Source: Ophelia neglecta
Taxonomy: Eukaryota
DNA length: 64,000 nucleotides
Assembly (NCBI GenBank): GCA_965285935.1
Contig: OZ260662.1
Span: 88,784,001-88,848,000, forward strand
Direction of reading: 5' to 3'
The translations under genes and the position numbers were made by a program. The notes under the pieces were generated by a model that saw only the letters and a program-made list of their open reading frames with translations, made no database searches and was not told the DNA's origin. This document shows, in pieces, positions 1 to 11,136 of this stretch (positions within the stretch are counted from its first letter, which is position 1; every line of letters begins with the position of its first letter).

Positions 1-1
1 T

Positions 2-958
2 ATTACAGACACATTGTTTTTCTGATAATTGTGACTGCCATAGACATTGAAGCCAGTTTTGAACATATTTTACCATAAAATACTTAACGACCGATTGAAA
101 AAAGCCAAAGCCCATGGTATAGCAGTTGCTAAAATCAATATACCTCATATTCTGGTGTAACAATGCCTCCATTAAGAAACAATTAACTTCTAAATGGTTT
201 TTATCATCAAACCGGACACTAATTCCTTGACTGTCCAATATGTTCAAATAAGGAAGGTACTCTAAGATTCCTGGGTACAAGTAAATCTCGCCGTTGAAAC
301 TTGTGTCAATGGTTTTAATGGAGTGTCCTTTGAAGAGAGGAAATACTTCCCTGAAGTCAAATTGTCTCGGTTTAGTCGGGTTGACCCCCGACATACGAAC
401 GAGTAAAACGGTAGTTAGAGGTTTATTCTCCATACTACTTACGTTAAATACTTCGGCTAATTGTGTTGTAGTAAAATATCCCATGTTAGAGAAATCCAAT
501 ACTTCGAGGCTGTCCAATGGGTGAAGCAGGAGGGGATCGATATCAGTTGTTGGGAAGTTGATACGCAAGATTGTCAAATTTTGCAGTCCGTCAAACAACA
601 TGCCATTCGAGAAATTGTGTAGATCTCGAGTGCGCGGAAGATCTCCGGGCGATTGTGTCCACATAATCTCAAGCTTCTTTAATCTACTGAAATTGCCAAA
701 AAGTGCACCCTTTTCGTCTAGGTATTCGGCCCTTAATGTCAAATTTAGTAAAGATGAAGGCAGATGATCGAGGATATTGCGTAATGTACCGTTTCGACTA
801 CTGCAATTGGCAGCCACAATTGTATGAGTTAGGCCAAGGGTGCAGCTGCACAGCCAGCTACCGTGCTGGGGACAAGCAGTCCCTCCAATCTCCGCAGCAG
901 GCCAAAGCAGTAGAATTCCTCCAAGGAAAATCACCGAATTGGGCAGTAGGATACTCAT
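2..958 (-). CDS. Toll-like receptor / LRR cell-surface receptor, N-terminal ectodomain (partial, continues past the left edge)
   Basis: Manual translation gives 319 stop-free codons from ATG 958. Signal peptide MSILLPNSVIFLGGILLLWPAAEIGG; LRRNT-like cap CPQHGSWLCSC...ANCS; LRRs such as FGNFSRLKKLEI, LFDGLQNLTILRINF, LHPLDSLEVLDFSN, IKTIDTSFN and MRYIDFSNC; several N-glycosylation sequons. TM and TIR domains are not in the window, so 'TLR' is inferred. Absent from the track, presumably because no stop codon lies in the window. Confidence 0.88.
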   Translation of the reverse strand, partial: MSILLPNSVIFLGGILLLWPAAEIGGTACPQHGSWLCSCTLGLTHTIVAANCSSRNGTLRNILDHLPSSLLNLTLRAEYLDEKGALFGNFSRLKKLEIMWTQSPGDLPRTRDLHNFSNGMLFDGLQNLTILRINFPTTDIDPLLLHPLDSLEVLDFSNMGYFTTTQLAEVFNVSSMENKPLTTVLLVRMSGVNPTKPRQFDFREVFPLFKGHSIKTIDTSFNGEIYLYPGILEYLPYLNILDSQGISVRFDDKNHLEVNCFLMEALLHQNMRYIDFSNCYTMGFGFFQSVVKYFMVKYVQNWLQCLWQSQLSEKQCVCN

Positions 959-1025
959 GGCCACTTGCACATTTGCTCAGTTCCGGCTTAAGTTAAGGGA
1001 TTGATGATACAAATTCGTCCGGTTG

Positions 1026-1033
1026 TTTATATA
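1026..1033 (-). promoter_or_regulatory. Candidate TATA box (TATATAAA) of the LRR/TLR gene
   Basis: Consensus TATA about 70 bp upstream of the ATG, implying a TSS near 1000 and a short 5' UTR. Position only; no transcript evidence. Confidence 0.4.
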
Positions 1034-1183
1034 TGTGAGACTATTAAAGGTTCCTGGTTCAAAGTTTCCGTCAGGTCAATGAGGGTTTGAAGTGCCTGGT
1101 GACACGCTGTTGCAGAGAGGGAGTGGCTGTGGAAATGGGTCATATATATCAGTGAACACTTTGGTAGATTCCAATTTTGTTCA

Positions 1184-1218
1184 GGGGCGGGAAGGGCGGG
1201 GGGGGGGGGGGGGGGGGG
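1184..1218 (+). repeat. G-tract with GC boxes, G-quadruplex-capable
   Basis: ggggcgggaagggcggg followed by an 18-G run, about 230 bp upstream of the TLR-like ATG. Confidence 0.8.
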
Positions 1219-4200
1219 ATTGCATGCATACATTTTGACGGATGTCACAGTCAGGAAGCCTGCCCCAGGGAAAAGCAATGAACTATACTTTTGGCTAGGG
1301 CAAATGGTCTGCTAGCAGCATACCCTAGATTAGGGAAATGTGCCAATCAACATATGGGAGACCGGGGCTGCTTGTAACACGGGTAGGTTGTGACAAAGCC
1401 GACAAGTAAAAATAAAATGACCAGTTTGGGGTTAGGTATGACAGATGACATATGCTACAAATGATAAAACTAACCCCATTAAGATGTCTTAGCATAACAT
1501 AAAAGATTAATTAATGTTTCCGTGGTTAAACAATGTAGATTATAGATTTCATAGTATTGTTTGTTAGTCCAATCGTTGATGAATTTCCTTTTATCCTATA
1601 AAGACTGACAAAATCACGCGGTATTTATCTATGTGATATATATATTTCAGCACGAAATATTTAAATTTTTTGCAATTTTGCAACAGCATGTCCCTCCAAG
1701 ATGAGGACACGTGACATAATTGCACCTGGTGAATAAGTGCTCTGTTGGTCAGCTGGCTTGCCGCCGTTTTTTCCACAATACAGCTTTCTCGGATGCACTT
1801 CGAAGACAAATCAAATTGTCATACGTGACAAATCAGATACAAGTGGTATAAAAAGTAATACTTAGAGTGCAGGTTCCTAGAATACAGCGATTTATACCCG
1901 CAAATGCTGTCTGGAAGATAAGGTCAAGTTATGTTATGTGTTCAATTAGTTATATTGACATAATAAAACATTGTGACAAGTTCAAAACTAAGCACAGCTC
2001 TCCATCTCTGTATGTGTCTTTCTGCTTCTTCTCTCTCTCTCATTTTCAGGGATAACGAGGAAAACTCAATGGAAAATAATGAAAATTAGGCATTAAGAAC
2101 AATTTTTCCACGTGTAAACATGCAAGCTACCAATATCAACTCACTGGAACTATACTAAAACATTTCATATCCACCTACCTGTGTGTTGAGATATTAAAGA
2201 AGCTCCCATTGGACACCCACAGCAACAAAAGCTGCAATAAAGCCAATCAAAAACTAGGCTCAGGAGAGTATCAAGACGTGACCAGAGCGTTAAATCAGCC
2301 TCCTAACAGGGGCTGATGAAAGCAACTGTCGAATAAAACGACTCGGGGTTAGAGCCCCCCTCTTATGAAATCACTGACCAATAACATCGACATGATTCAG
2401 AGCACAGCAGGGTATGTCACAGGAGATAGCATAACACTAGCTCTGTGACATCCATGCTCGAGGACTTCCCGTTGGCCGACACTAGAGCACAGAAGACTCC
2501 TGTCCAGACTCACAATTAGCACTAAATAATTATCCAGCTCGTCGTTATCCCACTACAGCCTAGATTCTATCCCCATCAAGACCCGAATTAGAGACCCAGC
2601 ATAAATACCAAGTAATCTTTCATTTCATCCGATGCACACAATGCACTTAAGTTCAGCTTCACTACGCAGTATACTTTAGATAGACAGATAGAGAAAACTA
2701 TTCTGGAATATTCTGGTCAGTTCGGAGACAATTCGGGCCAATGAAGATGAGACAAATTCGGAGACAATTTATCTCGTCAACAAACCAGGAACATAAATAC
2801 GGTCGAAAAACAAAGTAACCGCCATGTTTTGGCTATTTGATTCAATATTTCAGCCGTGGGGTAACTTCGAAGACTGGTTTTGGTATCTACACCCTTGTTT
2901 TCAGGGCCGATGGTTTCAAATATAATGTTCAAAAAATGGCAGACATCTTGGAAAACAACATGGCCGCAACTTCAATCACATATGCTCAAAATAATAGCTT
3001 AATTTCGCTTGAATCATTTACTTTGAGATGAAAGCATGACATTTGGCCCTCAGGTGCCCTGAACCTTTCTTGGATGGAGCACAGTTTGTTTTTCCGTTAG
3101 GTGGCTATAGCTGTCTTTTGACATTACACCAGCGGCACATCAGAAATGAAAAATACACAGTTTTAACTTTTTATCACTTTTTATGTGTCCCATGACATAT
3201 TTTATATATATTTATATCTTGCATGTTTTCTACAGTTAGGCTGAATCCATATTTCCTTTTCTCAGCCTGGACTATGACGAAGTTCACATAGCAACCTGAC
3301 CTGCAAAGCATCGAGTTACGGCCTGAAGCTAATGTTGTCGTTTCTCAACATTCCTTTACACAAATAAGCATGCAAAATTGCATATTTATATTGTTCTACA
3401 TGAGTCAAAATCACCTAGCTAGACAAGTACCACATTTTTTGGGCCATAAATTATTCCACCCATAAACCCTCGGGCACAATTGATTTGCATTTATACGTAA
3501 TTACGTGGTAAGAAAAAAACACAGAAGGGGATATTTCTGTTAAACAGTATATTTTATTCTTCAGTCAATATTCATAACGTCAGTATAGTCTATCTCACCG
3601 GACGAATGTCAAGTGTTCATCAGAAAATATAAATCATAAAAATTTACACTTCATAAGTTTGAACGTATTTAATTAGTTGGTGTCCCCATGATAAACAAGG
3701 CTAAACACGAAGGGTTATCTAAAATCCTTTAAGCACAACAGGCAAGTTGCCTAGCAACAATACGGTAGAAAACCACATCACACCCCATGCAATTTAACAG
3801 GGCCAATTATTTTTACAACAAGCTTTTAATCAACACGCCTTTTTTTTTTAGAAAAAAAATAGTATAAAGAAACAATCGATCCACTCAAGGTGGACTCCAA
3901 GTGTGAGTAAACCGGATGACAACTGCCAAGCACCCAAAAACAATCGCCGTGAATGAGAACGAAAATAATCCTCAAGTCTAGGCAGGCTAGCAAACTTGTG
4001 ACGAACGGAATATATCCTCTGCTCAAATGTGCTGCAAAATTAATTCTGGTTCCATTTAGTTGCTTAGGAATTATGAAATCTAACCCTAACGTGCAGTCAA
4101 TGAATTAAAGGTGAAATACAATTGCACTTGAATTGTAAATTGTGACTATTAGGAGGCTAGGCCTACTTGTCCTTTAAATATAAGAAAAAAAAGAATACCT

Positions 4201-5309
4201 GTTTTTACCCATTCCTCATCTGTTGTATTCTATCGACATGCTTGTCTCAACCCTTCACTATGCATAACATTCAATACATCTTGCATTATAAAGCATGAAG
4301 CAAAATAACTTTTGGGAACATAAGTTCATATATCCGTATTCAATGTTTTCGTACAACCAGCATACTGTGCATGAACTCAACATAATATTATTGCAATTGT
4401 TCCATTAAATTTGGCATAACCAAATGAAGACCCTCAGAAACTTCAAAGCTTGGTAAAGGCCAGGTCCCTAATTAGCAGGTGTGTGTGGGGATGGTGGTTA
4501 TAAGTAAGTGGTGGTAAGGTTGGTACAATTGCATTCCAATTGATGACCCCCTACGATCGGTTCCCGATGATTTCGGATCGATTAAATGACTGTTCTTCAT
4601 TAATGAATTTCCTTGTCAGCCGGGAATCCTCTCCCTTATTTCTCTGAGCTTTTATGTGTTCCTAAGAAATGTCATTAGTGATCTGTCCAAAAAAGGTGGC
4701 GATTTTTACAATTATTACCTGTCTACACAATAATCGTCCAAACAGGGTAAAAATGTTGTTTAAGGAAATGCGATTTTGACAGATGAATGAGCAATTAACA
4801 CCGCAGACACCGTGTAAATAGTTGGAGATTTCAACTACCACCTGGATAACCCACTGGGCAATCATAACCAACAAATCTCCGATATGATTGACTTTGTCGA
4901 TTTCAAGGAAACATGTTTCTAGTGCTTCCCACAGAATCAGCCATATTCTGGATTATATAAATTTTAAGACCTGGTAATATGTTTTTGACAAGTACAGGTC
5001 GGCGAACTGATTTCGGATTACAATTCAATGACATTCTTTGTTCGTTGAATATTACCAGGCCTTGCCCAATCCATAAATCAGTCTTAACTAGAAAATGGAG
5101 AAGTATTGACAACCCTAATATAGAGACATTTTACCTGTATATATTCCATCTTTGTCCTCTACCACATCTGACTTGTTAAATGCCTTGAACTCCACATGGA
5201 TCACCCCAGGCTCTCTTTGACGATTTTTCTCTCTTCTATCTTTCTTTGCCGAACCAAAATCATGTGCCAATTAATATCCAGCATGATGCACGTAGTACTG
5301 TTTCTTTGG

Positions 5310-6365
5310 ACGCATTGAGCACGGCATCCATGGATGAAGTATAAAACTCATTGGGCAATCACCATCATGGACATTTTTCCCCGATCAAATTCCTATTTGG
5401 CTTTTCAAAAAGGCATATTGTGCTGTAATGCCAACGTTATTTTGCTATGCAGATGGCTGTTGTAGCTCCTCTTCTCAAGAAAACCGGCTTAGACCCCAAG
5501 AACCTGAATAGCAACAGACCTGAGAGCAATTTTATCTATCATTTCAAAAATCCTTGAGAGAGTGGTGGCTGCTCGGCTTCACGCTCACCTGTGTATTTAC
5601 GGCCTTCATGAGCCTCTCCAATCTGATTACAAGACTGGATAATCCAAGGATACGCTCTGCTCCTTGTGCAGAATGACATTCTCACAACCATGGACGAAAA
5701 GGGCATTGTTATTCTTGTGCTCCTTGGTCCAAGCACTGCCTTCACTACCATCGACCATACCATTTTGCTAGATAGAATGGAAACTACCGTGCCTGTCATG
5801 GGTGTTGAACTGGGGTCGTTTTGATCGTACCCCACAGACCCCCGTCAGTCGGTTAAAATTGGAGATGTTCAATCAGATTCATTGCATCTTCCATGAGGGG
5901 ACTTGCTCTTCTTATGTCTCGACTGCACTACTGCAATTCTTTTTGGTGATTCCCTGAAATAATTGTAAGGCTGCAGTGGTCCCAGAACTGCGTAGCCCCC
6001 CTTGTGTCTCTCCTGTAGGAGAGATCTCAACACATCTTTCTGCTCGAGCTGCACTGGCTCATTGTCGCCGTTTTACACAAGTACAAAACCGTCTTTCAGA
6101 TTTTCAAGACATCGTTGAGTCTGTTGAAGCCTTTAAATCCAGGCTAGAGACTCATTTCCTGCGGTTCGCATTTAATTGCCGATTGGCCGGAAATAATTGT
6201 GCGCCATTATTTTCTTTAGTTCTGTTTTAATATTTTTTTTTTTATGTAACTTTTATTCGATTTCTATTGAGTTTTTATGTATATTATTATAGCGTAAAGC
6301 GTCTTTGGGCTCATATACGAGGAGAAGGAGGCGCTCTATACATGTCAATATTATTATTATTATCA
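5310..6365 (+). mobile_element. Degenerate, internally deleted L2-clade LINE (RT fragment plus 3' end)
   Basis: Broken reading frames give PLLKKPGLDP..., KILERVVAARL, VQNDILTTMDEKGIVILVLLGPSTAFTTIDHTILLDR and RQSVKIGDVQS, then the ORF2 C-terminus SVEAFKSRLETHFL. The L2-type 3' end is gtaaagcg...ggcgctctata...(tat)n. Confidence 0.85.
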
Positions 6366-8019
6366 ATAATCAACACTCAGACGTTTGTCTATGTGGCACG
6401 ATATAAGTCTCAAATGCCGGTATTCATTTATTTGTGCTCTGGGCTGCGCAATTTTTTATATGCAATTTTCAATATGCAGCCGACAATTTGCCATTTACAG
6501 ATGATATGCAAGTTGCAATTTGCAGATTATATGCAAATCTTTTGATGCAGTTCACCAGCGGAGTACAATTGTATATGTCACTGTCACCAGCATTATTTAT
6601 AAGCGAAATACATTATATTGCCTGAACTAGTTTACATGAACACCTTATTCAGGCACAATTACAACAAATAATGTTGTAATAATATAGTAGATTGTTAAGT
6701 AGTTATAAAGTCTGAGCCGTGACCTAGGACGTAGCCTCCGTATTTATTCCTCGACAAACAAGAAGAATTAACTTCTGAAATAAACAATCTGGTCAATCAA
6801 GTTTCACAAGATTATGACAGATCTCAGGCTGTCAGTAAATTTTGTATGAGATGATCCTGCAATATATTTTAATATCGAAAGCTGTGATATCAACAAGCTG
6901 TGTGCTGGCCTGGAAGTCTTAATGCCATATCTTGTCAAGCGATGGTTATTGGACAAAATGCATGTTGTCAATAGCACCTATTGTTGGCGGTAAGGGGGAA
7001 GATGCATGTGGGGGTGGGGGGTTAATAGAGGGGACGCATTCTAAATTGAAGTCCAATTGTTGTTAATATGGCATATTATATGGTTTCTTTAGTATACTAT
7101 ATTGTTGGCATCCTGTGGGTGGCTGGTGACGCTGTTAACTATATAGAATTCCCTCCACCATCTTGTCGATGCCAGTCTGTAAAATGCAAAGATGACTTGC
7201 TAATTTCACGCCTCGTTGGAGGAAACGTGCACAAGGAGGTCTAAGCTGGCAATATTACCTTAAAATACAATGTCAGCAAACCGCCGAGGGATAAATTTTG
7301 CTGTGTCCTCTAAAAAAATGCCAAGAATCCCATGTCTTTTGAACACCTAGGGATAAGCCTGTGTTGGCGCTCAGCCAGCTCAATATTACAATATAGCTTG
7401 TCGTCTGCCAGCATTATAATGGGTTTTAATATTTCATATGGTACATAGCATCTTAGCGTATCGCGTTGGTAATAGCAGCACACAAACGCTCACAAACCCA
7501 TACAGCGAGCGTGCTGATGGCTTCCGTCTGTAATTACCTTCTTCATTGAACTCATATCTGAGGAAGTATGAAGATGTAGTGACCAAGAAGAATTCCTTGT
7601 GTATATGCTCCATGGTTTTACTTTTTGCTGTAATTAAATAGCTCGGGATTACAAACGGTACCCAAATGGACATAAATAGCAAGGATGAAATCATTGTTGG
7701 TTTTGGCCTATTCCATTTGTTCTATTTCAAAAATAATAGTAGAATTACCTTAAGAGCAATGATATATCAGAAAAATAATTGACGAGGTACATAATTTTTT
7801 TCTAATGTGTGTAGTAGTTCGGGAATTCAAATCCATTCAAGAAATTTGAACTACTTAAACGCTCGATGATAATTTGGACTTGTAACGTTAATAAAAACCA
7901 CCTCAATTAGCTTTCTTACTCATACAGTTTGATTTCGATATGACCCAGGGACTCGAAGACAGTAAGTTGAAGAACATACCTAGGACGAGGATATACGTCT
8001 GGATTTGCAAAACCTGAAA

Positions 8020-8230
8020 GATTAAAAAAAACTATCTATCCACACAAACCAGCTTAAACAAGTAGGCCTTGAATTGCTTTTTGAAGGAAGTTACTGATTC
8101 AGCAGATCTTAAATGAGCCAGTAAAAAATTCCAGAGTCATGTAGCTGATTTGAGAGATCGATCACCAGCTTTGGACAGTCTTGAACTCGGGAAATCTATG
8201 ACGTTTTGGTTGAGGCTGTTGAGTATTTAA
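8020..8230 (-). mobile_element. L2-type LINE ORF2 3' fragment
   Basis: Minus-strand translation SRLSKAGDRSLKSAT*LWNFLLAHLRSAESVTSFKKQFKAYLF matches the L2 C-terminal motif GDRAF..AAP.LWN.LP..IR...S...FK..LKT.LF. Confidence 0.75.
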
Positions 8231-10951
8231 TGAAATCCTGTGATTTTCCCACGGAACGGATTGATATATTGAAAAAAAAAATCACCACAATACCTTTTCC
8301 ATATTCCAAATATGTTCCTGGATATTTGGTCAAAAGAGTGCTATATAGTGTTTGCATTAAATATGATAGAATCAATATCTCGAAATATAGGGCGACCTTT
8401 GAACCCATCGTAGGTCCTTAATTTGAAGGCACATTTGTCATTGAAATAAATACGATTATATTCCAAAATGAATTAAATTGATTCTTCAATATATTCGACA
8501 GAAAAAACTTCTCATGAGACCCTTTTGTCTATCAATTCTTACATCTTTAATTTTAATACTAGAATCGTCTGCATGATCAGGTCGCCCAATAACCATAAAT
8601 CTATTTCGTAATAAAGTTTAAATAATAATGTTGTCGAACTTAGATCAACGGTTGGAGCATGTAATCAACCAACTACTTAGTCATTATTTATTTTGACACA
8701 ACAGATTATATATTTTCAAATAATAACAAAATTATACCTAGTATATATCTCACATGTTTATTTGTCATCAGTTTAAATCTCAATATCAAATACACCACAT
8801 TTATTTTATGTAATGCATTACCAAGCAAAGTCTAATGAGGAGAAATATGTACACGTAGTGAAAAATAAAGTCCAACTATTAATGGCCTAATATTTGATCA
8901 TTATAGGTTTTTATGATAGAGCCTAAGATATCAAATTAGCTGTAGTCTTACATTGAGCTTAACAATGTTCTTAAACATCCCTCGAAGCAATCAAAATATC
9001 AACTCATGCATTATACAAAGAAGTCTTTATGTAATAAAGTTAGTACAAAATACACCAATACATACCCTTTCTTCTTATTTACAAATCTCGCTATGTGCCT
9101 TAAGTTTTAAATTAGGCGCAATCTTTAATATAATGCTGTTGTCAACAGATGGCACAGTAGGTGCAAGAGGGAACTGTCTGAGTGTCAACATATACACAAG
9201 TAGAATTGTTTGATATATTCTGTTCCCAGCAATATCTATATTTATGCAGATGCATGTGTAAATATTGTTTCTTTCTGTTAGTAAAATTTCGTTGAGACCC
9301 ACATGCATCCATATGAAAATTCATATAAACCCTAATGGTTTTCAGATACCTTTAACAATGTCAAACGATTTTGAATCTGCAGCTGCATAACTTATCAGTT
9401 ACTATCGGTCACTTTTCAGAAATTATTTGATGTTGATATGATTCTTTTTAACTTCGTACATAAAAATCTTAGTAATTTATTTGAGACATTGATGGGACAA
9501 TATACACATCCCTCTGTTATAAACGTACATAATATAAGCTTACACACAATATCATTTATGAACACCATGGACAATAGGAAATGATGGCATATTCATAATG
9601 TGCCTAAACAGTGTTTGATTATGCCATATGAAAGGACATTATTTAAGAATGTATAAGTCATAAACAGCAGAAGGCTTATTTACAAAAAAGTACCAAATAT
9701 TGATTAAAAGGCGAGTTTGTTCAAAACTTATTAAAGTTACACACGTTTCACCATTTATTATGCAACAATAAATAACATTCTAAACTGTCACACCTACAAA
9801 TGGACTCATCTGACTAAACTACATTGAAAAATACAATAGTTTTCTTGTGACATTAAAGATGGAAGGAATTGGTAAGATTTGAGAGTCCTTCGTTGCATTT
9901 TATATACAATGTCATATAAAATAATAAATCCATGTTGAAGCGCAAATCTATGCAGAGAGCAGTCTAAAAATATTCAGCAGTGCCATGGTGTTTTAAAGTT
10001 TGTGGTATATTTAGGTTTCAAATCAGCCTGTGCGAGAAATTGAACAAAGAAACTCGCTTTAATCAAGAACACAAACATCTGTGAGCAAATGTAGATATTT
10101 CTTGTGTCAAATGACCAAATTGGTACATTGATAATGATTGAGTAAAAGCGTTGTTTTCATTTTCCAACCTTTCTTTATCATGTATCGCTATATACGGAGA
10201 ATGGTCTGCTAATAGAAGAGCAATTCATCTCACACACAACGAAAAAGGCCTCTAAATTAATGCACTTTGAAACAATGTTTATAACTTTTATTGAAGGACC
10301 AACCTAGATAATTAATACGTGCAAATGCTGTGAATAACATTTTTCCACCTACTGTAGCGAGAGCCGTCTACTTGTATTAAAACGAGTGTCCTTCATTTGG
10401 TGCGTCAAAGCAGCACGAGTAATACGTTTCTTAATTCATTATTCACCGAAAACACACCGTAAAGAAAGATGCACGCACCAAATTTGATTATCAAATTTTG
10501 CAAGTCTTAGTTCGATATTCAATGTAATGAAATTCCATTGATAAATTGTTTGGGGCACCTTTTGCCTTTAGGGGTTTAATGAACTTGAAATCCGTTTTCC
10601 AGTAGAAACATTGATAGATGATTACAGTCACGGCAATACGGTGTGATCGAGCTCCTGTCCCACCGTGTTAACTATGACTAGTCATTGCTGCAGGGTAGTG
10701 TGGAGAGTACCTAACATTAGAAATCAGATGTAGCCTGCACGTTAGATATTGAAATAACTTAGGTTGCACAAGTTCTTGTTTCAAGTATGGTATTGCAATC
10801 CTCTGACGTAAACAACTAACTATACTAGCATTTGCAAGATTAGGAATAAAGGCCACTGTAGAGTAAAGATGGTGTTTTGTCAAGTCTTCGATGGCAACGT
10901 GTGCAGATGTCTTTGACATGTTTACGTTATTAATTTGACCTAGCCCTGGCT

Positions 10952-11136
10952 TCATGTAAAGTAACCATAAAGCATGCATTTGTATACGAAAAAAATTAAT
11001 AAAGCAAAGAAACTAGTTCCAACACTCTGGTACGTTATACAAGCTCCACTGACAATATGGTCACGCCCACTCGTCAAGATTAATTTGGTTTTTGAAGTTG
11101 GAGGTCGCTCCAATGTATGGCGCATTATAGTTCCGC
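10952..11136 (-). CDS. Reeler-DOMON gene terminal coding exon: heme-ligand His and hydrophobic tail
   Basis: (S)GTIMRHTLERPPTSKTKLILTSGRDHIVSGACITYQSVGTSFFALLIFFVYKCMLYGYFT*. The acceptor has a long poly-T tract plus acag, and its phase matches the previous exon. Confidence 0.85.

Noticed and set aside
294-996. Plus-strand track ORFs 294-524, 558-767 and 703-996
   Set aside because: Antisense shadows of the minus-strand LRR ORF.
1027-1278. Poly-Pro ORF
   Set aside because: Produced by translating the G homopolymer.
1041-2178. Possible 5' UTR intron of the TLR-like gene (donor 2177-2178, acceptor 1041-1042)
   Set aside because: The acceptor is modest and the proximal TATA is a simpler explanation; cannot be decided without transcripts.
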